A stretch of DNA of 64,000 nt from Bellilinea sp. (GCA_026003615.1 BPHQ01000002.1:407674-471673); one strand, 5' to 3'; positions 21,262 to 29,355 are shown, numbered from the stretch's first letter. Notes: generated from the letters alone by a model not told the origin. A program made the numbers and translations.

Positions 21262-21281
21262 TAGAACTTGTGTGCTATAAT
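21262..21281 (+). promoter_or_regulatory. Putative LexA (GAAC-N4-GTTC type) box abutting an extended -10
   Basis: TAGAAC-TTGT-GTGCTA (one mismatch to the palindrome) overlapping TGcTATAAT. Confidence 0.5.
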
Positions 21282-21317
21282 GATTTGGAGAATCAATAAA
21301 TCTTGTAAGGTATTGCC

Positions 21318-22040
21318 ATGAGCAAATCATCTATCGAATGGACTGAATCCACCTGGAATCCGCTGACAGGCTGTAATAAGGTTAGCCCGGGATGCAAACA
21401 CTGCTATGCGGAACGTATGGCAAAACGGCTAAAAGCGATGGGTCAACCGAAATATCAGAATGGATTCAGGCTCACCTTACACCCTGAGGTACTTAATGAA
21501 CCGCTTTCATGGCAGAAGCCACAAATGATTTTCGTGAATTCAATGAGCGATTTGTTTCATGAAAATGTGCCGTTTGAGTTTATACAAAGTATCTTTGATG
21601 TGATGGCGCGTGCCCACTGGCACACTTTTCAAATTCTTACCAAACGCGCCGAGCGACTGCTTGAACTTGATCCGGCCCTTGAATGGCCTGAAAATGTCTG
21701 GATGGGTGTTAGTGTTGAAAACCAGAATTACACCTTCCGTATTGATTGTTTGAGAAAAACTCATGCAAAAATCAAGTTTCTCTCTTTAGAACCCTTATTA
21801 GGCCCAATTTCGGCCTTGAATCTGGAAGGGATCAACTGGGTTATTGTCGGCGGCGAATCCGGGCCCAATGCCCGTCCGATTCAGGCTGAATGGGTACGTG
21901 AAATTCGTGACCAATGCCTCGCAAGTCGAGTGCCTTTCTTCTTCAAACAATGGGGCGGAACTAACAAGAAAAAGTCAGGACGATTATTAGACGGGCAAAC
22001 GTGGGACCAGATGCCAATGCTAATTCCAGCGGGAGACTAA
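21318..22040 (+). CDS. Phage Gp37/Gp68 family (DUF5131) protein
   Basis: [53 protein letters not shown]. Confidence 0.92.
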   Translation: MSKSSIEWTESTWNPLTGCNKVSPGCKHCYAERMAKRLKAMGQPKYQNGFRLTLHPEVLNEPLSWQKPQMIFVNSMSDLFHENVPFEFIQSIFDVMARAHWHTFQILTKRAERLLELDPALEWPENVWMGVSVENQNYTFRIDCLRKTHAKIKFLSLEPLLGPISALNLEGINWVIVGGESGPNARPIQAEWVREIRDQCLASRVPFFFKQWGGTNKKKSGRLLDGQTWDQMPMLIPAGD

Positions 22041-22176
22041 ATCAAAAAAACCGGACAGTCCAGCTTAACGGCAAGAGAGGGCTTTTCTGCCCTCTCTTGT
22101 GTTCCGTAGTTCACGGATACCCTCACGAAGTAAATTCATCATACACGCTATCCTTGAAAATTTCAATCCCTTCCAC

Positions 22177-22207
22177 AAAAAAAGCAGGCTGGGTAAGCCT
22201 GCTTTTT
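22177..22207. terminator. Bidirectional intrinsic terminator
   Basis: AAAAAAAGCAGGCT-GGGTA-AGCCTGCTTTTT between the convergent DUF5131 gene and tRNA. Confidence 0.8.
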
Positions 22208-22218
22208 CGGCAAGTGGG

Positions 22219-22290
22219 CGCCCCCGGCGGGATTCGAACCCGCATTCACACTTCGTGAGGGTGTTGTTCTATCCCTTGAACTACGGAGGC
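22219..22290 (-). tRNA. Atypical element-borne tRNA: anticodon CAC (Val) in standard register, Arg-like body
   Basis: 72-nt cloverleaf GCCTCCG-TA-GTTC-AAGGGATA-GAAC-A-ACACC-CTCACGA-AGTGT-GAAT-GCGGG-TTCGAAT-CCCGC-CGGGGGC-G; C31:A39 mismatch; CCA not encoded directly after the discriminator. Confidence 0.75.
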
Positions 22291-22304
22291 ATGACACCTG
22301 CCGA

Positions 22305-22352
22305 GGTCACCCTGGGCGGAGTTGCACCGCCCCAAGACACTACGCAGGGTGA
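22305..22352 (-). ncRNA. tRNA top-half mimic, copy A
   Basis: CACCCT-GCGTAGTGTCTTG-GGGCGG-TGCAACT-CCGCCC-AGGGTG-ACC. Confidence 0.6.
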
Positions 22353-22397
22353 GAGGGCCGGGCTCTTGTAAGCCCGGCTTTTGTGTTACGCCGCCTG

Positions 22398-22667
22398 CTA
22401 CACGCTTTGCTCCGTCAGCAGTTTCACTGCGGCAATGTGCTTGCAGGGTTTCTGCCGTTTGGTGAAGTCCAGGCAGGTGCAAGCCCATGTGCCGTTTCTG
22501 GTGACCATGTATTCATGGAGTTTGCCCGACATGGTGGAATTGACCACCCAGGCCTTGCCCTGGATAAAGACGATGATGGTTATCTGCTTCTGAATCAGCC
22601 CCATCATCGCCCGGTAGGCCCGTGCGTTCTGGGGATCATCCAACAAAGCATCGCTGGTTTTCGACAT
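22398..22667 (-). CDS. SWIM zinc-finger protein
   Basis: WACTCLDFTKRQKPCKH; start MSKTSD after AAGGAGG. Confidence 0.8.
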   Translation of the reverse strand: MSKTSDALLDDPQNARAYRAMMGLIQKQITIIVFIQGKAWVVNSTMSGKLHEYMVTRNGTWACTCLDFTKRQKPCKHIAAVKLLTEQSV

Positions 22668-22748
22668 GGCAGTTGTCCTCCTTTTCCCGGTGCGCCGCAC
22701 CACACCGGGAGAGTGTTAGTCTCCCCGGTGCAGCGGGGGTTTGGAAGG

Positions 22749-22958
22749 TCAGACAATCGTTGTCTTGATGACGGAAATCGGCTGTCCGTACACAATCACA
22801 CCACCGGCAGAACGCCAGGCGTGGGTCGTGTATAACCGCCTGCCCCGTCCCAAGAGCCTCATCCACACCACCCAGCGCTCATCACTCAGGTCACTCACCA
22901 TCGTGATGACAAAGGTGCTTTTGCCAATCCTGACGATTTCTCCCAGTTCCGGTCTCAT
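22749..22958 (-). CDS. Small hypothetical protein
   Basis: 69 aa; ATGA overlap with the upstream gene; GAGG SD. Confidence 0.55.
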   Translation of the reverse strand: MRPELGEIVRIGKSTFVITMVSDLSDERWVVWMRLLGRGRRLYTTHAWRSAGGVIVYGQPISVIKTTIV

Positions 22959-23317
22959 GGCGTTTCCTCGTGAGCGGGTTCTTCTTCGTCAGTCAGCACC
23001 GCACCGCAGTCGAGGCAGTGGACTTCCTCTTTCAGGTCGTCCCATACCTCCCCGGCAGAATAGTGAAACCCGCCGGTGGTTACGGCGGTGGTGCGCCGGT
23101 GAGGGCATTCTTCCTGCCGGTGCAGGTACGCATCGGTCAGGTAGCGAATTTCATCGTACACATGCTGGTCGAGCGCATCTGCCAGATGGTCGGACAGATA
23201 CTCGATGAAGTTCCGCCAGTCTTTGGGTTTCTCCCGCCGATAAGCCAATGCGTAGAAGATGTCCTCCTCCGTGACGGTGAGGCTGGCAACAACGTTGCCC
23301 GGTGTGATGGATACCAT
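22955..23317 (-). CDS. Hypothetical protein with C-terminal CxH..CxxC zinc-binding motif
   Basis: Start MVSITP after AAGGAGG; ECPH...HCLDCG. Confidence 0.65.
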   Translation of the reverse strand: MVSITPGNVVASLTVTEEDIFYALAYRREKPKDWRNFIEYLSDHLADALDQHVYDEIRYLTDAYLHRQEECPHRRTTAVTTGGFHYSAGEVWDDLKEEVHCLDCGAVLTDEEEPAHEETP

Positions 23318-23544
23318 AGCAATCCTCCTTCCCCCGGCGCGTCCCGCACCGCTCCGGGGAATGTGGTGATTCCCCGTGCGGGCGGGTTGGATGGGAAAAG
23401 AAAGGCGCAGCATTTTGCAGGCGTATGTAACCAAGTTAAGGTTCACTGCCGGATGTATCGCTCCGACGGGCGGGAGTTGACGGTTAGAGCCGGACTGGGT
23501 AAGCCCGGCTCATCCCGCAGGGGGTGCAGGTAACGGTCAATCGG

Positions 23545-24408
23545 CTAGCCCGCGTAGGCGGCTTGCAGTGCGAGGAAGGCGCGCGCCATGCGCTGCAAGT
23601 GGACGTTCTTGGGGTCGTTCTTGGTATCGAAGCCCTTTCCGTCCGTGTTGGCGCACCAGCGCACCCAGCCCTGACCCACCGGGCCGGACTGCCACACCTC
23701 GGCAAGCGTCTTGTCTTTCTGCTTGCCGAAATGGATGACCGTCTGCCCGGGGTCGGCCAGTTCGCCTTCCCCTGCCGCTTCTGCGGCGGGAGCAGGCTTG
23801 GCCGCGGGCTTGGCGGGCTTGGGCGGTTCGTTTGGATCGTCACCGAATAATTCGCGGATGGCATCCTCCGCTCCGCGGATGCCTTTCTCGGCAGCCTCGC
23901 GCTCCGCAGCGGCTTCAAAGCGGCGACCAACTTTTTCCCCGGATGGAATTGCCCAATCGGGTAATTTGGGCGGGTTGACGATCTTGCGCTTCTGGGCGTC
24001 GTAGTCACACCAGACCTGCGGCAGGGCGTACAGGTACGCTCCCAGCCCGAACTTCACGCACGCCCGCTTGAACGCCTGTGCCGAAGCGGTCGTAACCGCA
24101 TTGGGTTCTGTCCGCTCGCCTTCCTCGCCCGCGATCAGGCATTCGCCATCTCCTGTGCGGGTCACCCCGGCAATGGTCAAGCGGCACAGCACCACCACCC
24201 GATCCGGCTGCATCATCACCTGATACTCATCCTGCCAGTCAGGACATACCAGGTTGAGCCGCTGGATGTAGGGACGGCTGTCCACATAGGCCAGTGCCAG
24301 GGCTTTTGTCTTCTCGCGGTTGGTCGCGCCGGGCTTGAACTCCACCTCATTCGAGGGGAACGGTTCCTGAAGCGCATCCAGGATTTGAGAGAAATCGAAT
24401 TGAGACAT
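23545..24408 (-). CDS. Rad52/Rad22-family single-strand annealing protein (DdrA/Sak-like)
   Basis: LQEPF..VEFKPG, LAYVDSR..IQRLN, AFKRACVKFGLGAYLY; C-terminal IHFGKQKDKTL domain; SD AAGGAGG. Confidence 0.85.
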   Translation of the reverse strand: MSQFDFSQILDALQEPFPSNEVEFKPGATNREKTKALALAYVDSRPYIQRLNLVCPDWQDEYQVMMQPDRVVVLCRLTIAGVTRTGDGECLIAGEEGERTEPNAVTTASAQAFKRACVKFGLGAYLYALPQVWCDYDAQKRKIVNPPKLPDWAIPSGEKVGRRFEAAAEREAAEKGIRGAEDAIRELFGDDPNEPPKPAKPAAKPAPAAEAAGEGELADPGQTVIHFGKQKDKTLAEVWQSGPVGQGWVRWCANTDGKGFDTKNDPKNVHLQRMARAFLALQAAYAG

Positions 24409-24629
24409 GGTATAAACCTCCTTTTGTGCCCCCGTCCGCAGCCGGGGGCAAACGAGTGTGTTGCCCTGCTGCGTCAGGGGAGTACCTGAACGGCCTCGCT
24501 CCACCGCTCACGATTGTCCGTCAGCGGCAGAGGGAGACCGTCCAGGCGGAAGGCTTTACCAGTCCCTGTCCCTTCGCCCTGCTTGATTGACCGTTTTCAC
24601 CTGTTAATGTGCTGCCCCTTGCGGGGAAA

Positions 24630-24669
24630 TCACCTGCCCGGAGTTGCACCGGGTATCCTCGTCAGGTGG
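24630..24669 (-). ncRNA. tRNA top-half mimic, copy D
   Basis: CACCTG-ACGAGGATA-CCCGG-TGCAACT-CCGGG-CAGGTG-A, followed by a CCCC-GCAA-GGGG hairpin and GCACATTAACAG. Confidence 0.6.
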
Positions 24670-24708
24670 GGTTTTCAGATGGGCAGGGCTGGGCAGCCCT
24701 GCCAGGTG

Positions 24709-24984
24709 TTACTCGCTCGCCTGAAATTCGGAAATCTGCGTCCGCCATATCAACTCCAACAAGGGAGTGACCTGGCTCTGCCAGTCCGGGACTACCTTCG
24801 TGAGGCATTCCAGACACAAGGCGTCTCCATCCACCACGGGGACGGGACGCAGGGGTAAGTCGCTCAGACACATATCGCAAACGACTTCATCCGCCGCCAG
24901 AGTCGGGCCGACAACCTCGACACCGCCATAATACAAAATATAGGCGGGGCGTTCTTCGGGTTCCCAAAGGGTAATCGTTGTCAT
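24709..24984 (-). CDS. Hypothetical protein with two CxxC motifs
   Basis: CDMC and CLEC; SD AAGGAG. Confidence 0.65.
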   Translation of the reverse strand: MTTITLWEPEERPAYILYYGGVEVVGPTLAADEVVCDMCLSDLPLRPVPVVDGDALCLECLTKVVPDWQSQVTPLLELIWRTQISEFQASE

Positions 24985-25166
24985 GGCTGTTCTCCTTTCG
25001 GGTCAGTGCCGCACCACCGACCCATGTGGGTATGAGTCAGTGGGCTGGCGCGGCAGCCCGAAAGAGAAAGGCGAGCGATATAACCTTGTTAAGGTGCAAG
25101 TGCAAAAGCTGCACTTCAAGTTCCCTGCATTTGTTCCTTGACAATTCGTTCAAGGTTGACTATTAT

Positions 25167-25187
25167 GTGTGTGTACATAACACACAC
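25167..25187. promoter_or_regulatory. Operator-like inverted repeat in a divergent promoter region
   Basis: GTGTGTGT-ACATA-ACACACAC downstream of TTGACA..TATTAT and upstream of the RHH-like gene. Confidence 0.5.
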
Positions 25188-25202
25188 GCTTACGAGGGTT
25201 CG

Positions 25203-25640
25203 ATGAACAAAACTCGCAAAGATTTTCGCCTTTCCGCTTCATCTCTCCGGCGGTTACACTGGCTTGTTGAACATACAGGAAAGAATGCCACTACTATCAT
25301 CGAATTGGGCATCGAGCGGCTTTTTACCGATGAATGGGGCAAACTTCGCGCTCGGCTCATGCCGCGTCAGGACGGAAGATTCGATTTCGTTGTCGGCGGC
25401 TTGCCACTACTCACCATCGAACAAAAAGCCCTGCCCCGACTCGGCGATCATCTTGCTGAACTCCTCTCCCCTGACGGTGGAGCAGAAAATCTGTTTGGAG
25501 TGGTTGTACTTGCCGCTGGCGCTTCGGAGAGCCGTCTTGAAGTCCACTACGACAACATTCAACGCCTTTTCGGCCCAATTCTGGATACTCCAAATCTTGA
25601 AGCGGAAAGCAACTGGCTTATGGTAGAGGGGCGCGGTTAA
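25203..25640 (+). CDS. Putative ribbon-helix-helix transcriptional regulator
   Basis: N-terminus KTRKDFRLS..LRRL..LVEHTGKNATTIIELGIE fits a strand-helix-helix pattern; GAGG SD. Confidence 0.55.
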   Translation: MNKTRKDFRLSASSLRRLHWLVEHTGKNATTIIELGIERLFTDEWGKLRARLMPRQDGRFDFVVGGLPLLTIEQKALPRLGDHLAELLSPDGGAENLFGVVVLAAGASESRLEVHYDNIQRLFGPILDTPNLEAESNWLMVEGRG

Positions 25641-25658
25641 CGCCCCTCTTGTGGCAGG

Positions 25659-25889
25659 TTATTTGCGAGACATCATAACGACACTGACAGCCACCACATA
25701 GAGAACATCGCGACTACGAGCAGAGAGGGTTTTCCGCTTTCCATCGAGGAAGTCCTCAATTTCGGCAATCACGTCTGGGTCTTTGACCCGTTTACGCACC
25801 TCTCTTACCAGAGCCGCCGATTCGGTCTCATCAAATATGCGGCTGCCAATACGAACGCCTCGTTCCTGCCAATCGCGGTTTTTTGCCAT
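25659..25889 (-). CDS. Small hypothetical protein
   Basis: 76 aa MAKNRDWQ.. after strong SD AGGAGGTG. Confidence 0.65.
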   Translation of the reverse strand: MAKNRDWQERGVRIGSRIFDETESAALVREVRKRVKDPDVIAEIEDFLDGKRKTLSARSRDVLYVVAVSVVMMSRK

Positions 25890-26338
25890 CGCACACCTCC
25901 TGACGATGGCTGAGGGACGATGGCAAGCCGCCCCCAGCCGTAGTTTTAACCGGGAAAGCGGCACCGCGCCGAGAAGGTTTGGTGACCTTCCCCCGTCTTT
26001 TAGAAAGATGATTAAGACGGCGGAAAATCACTTTTCCAAAAACTTATGTTGGTTGTTAAGGTGCAGTTCCGGGTTTATCCGCCCGGGCGGGAGTTTTGCA
26101 TGGCAGGCAGGGCGGGTAGCCCTGCCTGACGGGGGATTGGACGCCGCAACCCGTTCCCGGACTTGCCGGAGTTTGCGCCCGCTCCCCCTAGACCAGGTTG
26201 GGGTCTTGCAGGCACTCACCTCCTTTCGGACAGGTTTGGCGTCCGGCGGGGCAGAGCCGGAATTGTGTCTGTACGGCTTCCGCTTTGCCGTACACATCCC
26301 TTGTCGAGGGACGCCTGTTTATTCTGCTCACCGCCGTG

Positions 26339-26380
26339 ACCGCCCTGCCGGATTTGCACCGGCGCTGCTGCGAGGGCGGT
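26339..26380 (-). ncRNA. tRNA top-half mimic, copy C
   Basis: ACCGCCCT-CGCAGCAGC-GCCGG-TGCAAAT-CCGGC-AGGGCGGT. Confidence 0.6.
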
Positions 26381-26418
26381 TTGGCTTGCTTTGGTAAAGT
26401 TCGTTGCCCTTGCGGGCA

Positions 26419-26466
26419 GGTCACTCCTGCGGGACTTGCACCCGCACCCAGCACTCTGCGGAGTGG
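26419..26466 (-). ncRNA. tRNA top-half mimic, copy B
   Basis: CACTCC-GCAGAGTGCTGGG-TGCGGG-TGCAAGT-CCCGCA-GGAGTG-ACC, followed by TGCCC-GCAA-GGGCA and GAACTTTACCAA. Confidence 0.6.
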
Positions 26467-26506
26467 TGAATTTGGAGAGGGGCTTGTGGCCGCTCTCCGG
26501 GGGGAC

Positions 26507-26668
26507 TTACCGCCTGCGGTTCGTCAGGATTGCCAGTAACGCTTCTCGCTCGTCTTGGTCTTTCGCCTTCTGTATCAGCCGAAATAGCAGATACTTGTGG
26601 GAAAGGTCGTAAGCAATCAGCAGCACGGCCAGGACGATCAGCAGGGGTATCACTTCGGTCAGGTTCAC
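26507..26668 (-). CDS. 53-aa single-pass membrane peptide (type I toxin-like layout)
   Basis: GTG after AAAGGAGGTGA; MNLTEVIPLLIVLAVLLIAYDLSHKY...TNRRR*. Confidence 0.65.
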   Translation of the reverse strand: MNLTEVIPLLIVLAVLLIAYDLSHKYLLFRLIQKAKDQDEREALLAILTNRRR

Positions 26669-26825
26669 ATCTGGCTCACCTCCTTTCGTTCCCCACGCCG
26701 GAGGAAGAGAGCAGCCCTCTCCCGCCGGTATGGAGAACGAAAGGGTCTTGTCCCAGTGGACACCGCTGAGGGTGAACCGCTCGATTGTAAAAGTCCCGCC
26801 ACGGGCTTTGTCAGCCGGTGGAATG

Positions 26826-26871
26826 TAGCTGTCCGGGAGTTGCACCCGAAACCGGCTTTGACCGTCAGCCG
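26826..26871 (-). ncRNA. tRNA top-half mimic, copy E
   Basis: GGCTG-ACGGTCAAAGCCGGT-TTCGGG-TGCAACT-CCCGGA-CAGCT-A; small hairpin in the connector. Confidence 0.5.
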
Positions 26872-26976
26872 ATAACAAAATAGCCCGCTGGCAAATGCTC
26901 TCGCATTCGTCCAACGGGCTTTGTGGCCGGTTTGACGCTCTTTCAGGCGGGGGGGCTTGTGGCCGCTCCTGACCGT

Positions 26977-27005
26977 ATTGTAGCAGAAGGGAATAGAGCG
27001 CGCAA
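26977..27005 (-). promoter_or_regulatory. Sigma70-type promoter heading the structured minus-strand region
   Basis: TTGCGC-17 bp-TACAAT with TG extension. Confidence 0.6.
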
Positions 27006-27292
27006 GGTGATTATTCTCAGATCCCAAATGTTTTTTCACAATAAATTTAAATAAGTCCAAATCGCTCAAACCGATTTTTCAGGATCTTTCTAACCATTTC
27101 GATAAGTATTTGCAGAAATTGTTTTCCTTTTCATGCGGTCACAGATAAAAATTCTCTTTAGAACCACAATTTAACTCAAAGATCGTCTTGGTCATTCTCT
27201 TATAAGCAATATTGCCTATAAACAAATTTGCACTTATATGATAATAATTATCCTAATAATGCCACTATCTTCATTTGGGAAAATGTACTACC

Positions 27293-28360
27293 ATGAAAAC
27301 ATACCATTATCTCTTGCTCGTTTTTCTTGTCATAGGGTTATCTTCCTGTTCCACTTCAAAGTTCTCTTCTGAAAATGTAGGAATTGAGGGTAACTCCGGC
27401 ACTGCCACTTCCACACCCGGCATGATGATGGCAACCAATCCAGAGGCGGCTCATATGATGCAGCCGATTGGAGGGATCAACGTTCAGCCTGCTTCCGATG
27501 AAAAAGGTGGACAGTTATTAGAATACCGCGAGGAAAGCGGCATAAAAATATTCGAACTGACCACCAGAGCCGTTCAATGGCCTATTTTGGACAATGTGTT
27601 TGTAACAGCCTGGACTTACAATGGTACCGTTCCCGGCCCAATGATCAGAGTTACCGAAGGGGATCAGGTGCGGGTGATCGTCAAAAACGAATTAGACGAA
27701 CCCACCACAATTCACTGGCATGGGGTTGAAGTCCCCAATGCAATGGATGGTGTGCCGGGAATGACTCAGGCTCCTATTGAACCGGGTGAAACCTTCACCT
27801 ATGAATTCATTGCCAAACCTGCGGGAACGTTCATGTACCATTCGCATTACGAAGGAGATGTTCAGGTATCTGCCGGTCTGTATGCTCCCTTCATCATTGA
27901 TCCCAAAGAACCCGCAAACCCACCGGATTTAGATATTACTCTGATGATCTCGGAGTGGCGGGTCCAAAACGGCAGGACTTATGCCGCTATGCCAATGAGC
28001 GGAATGGAACCAAATTATTTTACCTTGAATGGTAAAGCCTTTCCCTTCACAGAGACTATCGAGGTCAAAAAAGGTCAACGCGTTCGGCTTCGCTTTATTG
28101 GTATCGGCCAATTCATCCATCCCATGCATCTGCATGGCATGGCCTTCAAAATTGTGGCAACCGATGGTCATCCCGTCCCTGAAACCGCTCAACTGACCAA
28201 AGATACCGTCAGTGTGGCTCCCGGCGAACGATATGACGTTGAATTCGAAGCGACCGAGGTGGGTCAATGGATGCTGCACTGTCATATACTGCACCATACT
28301 ACCAACGACAATGTTGAACCAGGGGGGCTGATGTTAATCATCAATGTCACAGAACCTTAA
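27293..28360 (+). CDS. Two-domain multicopper oxidase lipoprotein
   Basis: Lipobox LSSC; HWH, YHSH, HPMHLH and HCHILHH..GLM copper motifs in 355 aa; Met-rich segment. Confidence 0.9.
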   Translation: MKTYHYLLLVFLVIGLSSCSTSKFSSENVGIEGNSGTATSTPGMMMATNPEAAHMMQPIGGINVQPASDEKGGQLLEYREESGIKIFELTTRAVQWPILDNVFVTAWTYNGTVPGPMIRVTEGDQVRVIVKNELDEPTTIHWHGVEVPNAMDGVPGMTQAPIEPGETFTYEFIAKPAGTFMYHSHYEGDVQVSAGLYAPFIIDPKEPANPPDLDITLMISEWRVQNGRTYAAMPMSGMEPNYFTLNGKAFPFTETIEVKKGQRVRLRFIGIGQFIHPMHLHGMAFKIVATDGHPVPETAQLTKDTVSVAPGERYDVEFEATEVGQWMLHCHILHHTTNDNVEPGGLMLIINVTEP

Positions 28361-28376
28361 GAGGATAAGGAGAAAA

Positions 28377-28772
28377 ATGATGCGCAAGTGGTTTTTGTTG
28401 GTTGTGTTTTTTGCGGGCTTTGTCTTTTTGCTGGCTGCCTGTTCAGGTAATAGTGCTGAAAGCCAGACCACTTCTAAACCGGTCAACATCAGAGTGGAGA
28501 GCAATCCCGACCCTGCAGAAGTAGGTGATGTCACCTTTACGTTATTTCTCACCGATGAGAAGAGCAAACCTCTTGAAGGTGCACAGGTGGAGGTTGTTCT
28601 GGATCATACGGATATGATGGGAATGACGATGAGTGGTTCAGCATCCGAACAGAGCGGAGGGAAATATGCAATACAGGCAAACTTAAGCATGAGCGGAAAC
28701 TGGAAGATGACGGTTTCTGTTAAAAAGGATGGATTAGAGTATAAAGAGGATATCACTCTGACGATTCGATAA
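28377..28772 (+). CDS. YtkA/FixH-like lipoprotein (Met-rich, probable Cu binding)
   Basis: Lipobox LAAC; HTDMMGMTM, GKY..LSMSGNW. Confidence 0.75.
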   Translation: MMRKWFLLVVFFAGFVFLLAACSGNSAESQTTSKPVNIRVESNPDPAEVGDVTFTLFLTDEKSKPLEGAQVEVVLDHTDMMGMTMSGSASEQSGGKYAIQANLSMSGNWKMTVSVKKDGLEYKEDITLTIR

Positions 28773-28919
28773 ATAAAATAGATCCATTCTGCAAAATTAG
28801 CCGAGGAAAGCGAATTCATCGTGGTCTATGGCATGCACTTTCATAGAAAGGAAGAGCATGCCATTTCATTTTTCCCCTGTTCTTTAACAAGGGAACAACA
28901 CGCGCCAAAATGCCTATCC

Positions 28920-28931
28920 ACCCCTAGGGGT
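28920..28931. promoter_or_regulatory. CsoR/RcnR-type operator-like palindrome
   Basis: ACCCCTAGGGGT (C-tract/G-tract) upstream of the genes leading to the Cu ATPase. Confidence 0.4.
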
Positions 28932-28956
28932 TTTAACGCTTGGAGACTCGATTGGC

Positions 28957-29355
28957 TTGTTTTACACTTTTGAACAGGTTATCACAATGAATTTTTTAAC
29001 ACCTTTCTTGAGTTTAGATCTATCGGCCAATCAAGCGCGTGAAATGATTTTAGGGCGCTTGAAAAGATTAGGGGTTAATCCAATTCAAACTTTTGATTTT
29101 CAAATATCTTGCAAAAATTCAACGGATGTTTTTCATTCCCCTGTTGATCCTTCCAATTGTGAATCTCACATCATGGTATTTCTAGTGCTTGACGAGGAGG
29201 GCATTCCACTAACTCTTAGTATTTACAGTACGGGAAATCGATCCTATTTTTCGGTGGCCCAACCGAATGACAGCCCCAACAGTCATCAACTTTTTTTGCT
29301 CATTCAACAAATTCTCTGTTCCAACAACTTCTGCAATCGAGAACACAATGTCTGA
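28957..29355 (+). CDS. Hypothetical protein
   Basis: Open frame in operon orientation; likely start MNFL; no recognised motif. Confidence 0.45.
   Translation: MFYTFEQVITMNFLTPFLSLDLSANQAREMILGRLKRLGVNPIQTFDFQISCKNSTDVFHSPVDPSNCESHIMVFLVLDEEGIPLTLSIYSTGNRSYFSVAQPNDSPNSHQLFLLIQQILCSNNFCNREHNV

Noticed and set aside
22219-22290. The odd tRNA as a +1 frameshift suppressor for the element's broken genes
   Set aside because: The +1 sites (CAG-T, TGG-G, AAT-C, CCC-C) share no quadruplet complementary to its loop.
20399-24408. Prophage, suggested by the Gp37/Gp68 and Rad52/Sak-like genes
   Set aside because: No capsid, terminase, portal, tail or lysis genes in the window; both families also occur on non-phage elements.
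25783-26914. Track ORFs such as 25783-26397, 26028-26297, 26188-26454 and the N-terminal extension of 26507-26914
   Set aside because: No RBS or protein-like composition; they overlap GC-rich structured elements. Only the 53-aa ORF from 26668 has a strong SD.
27293-28360. Copper nitrite reductase NirK
   Set aside because: The type 1 Cys motif (HCH) is in the C-terminal domain and the N-terminal domain has YHSH, the two-domain laccase arrangement rather than NirK.
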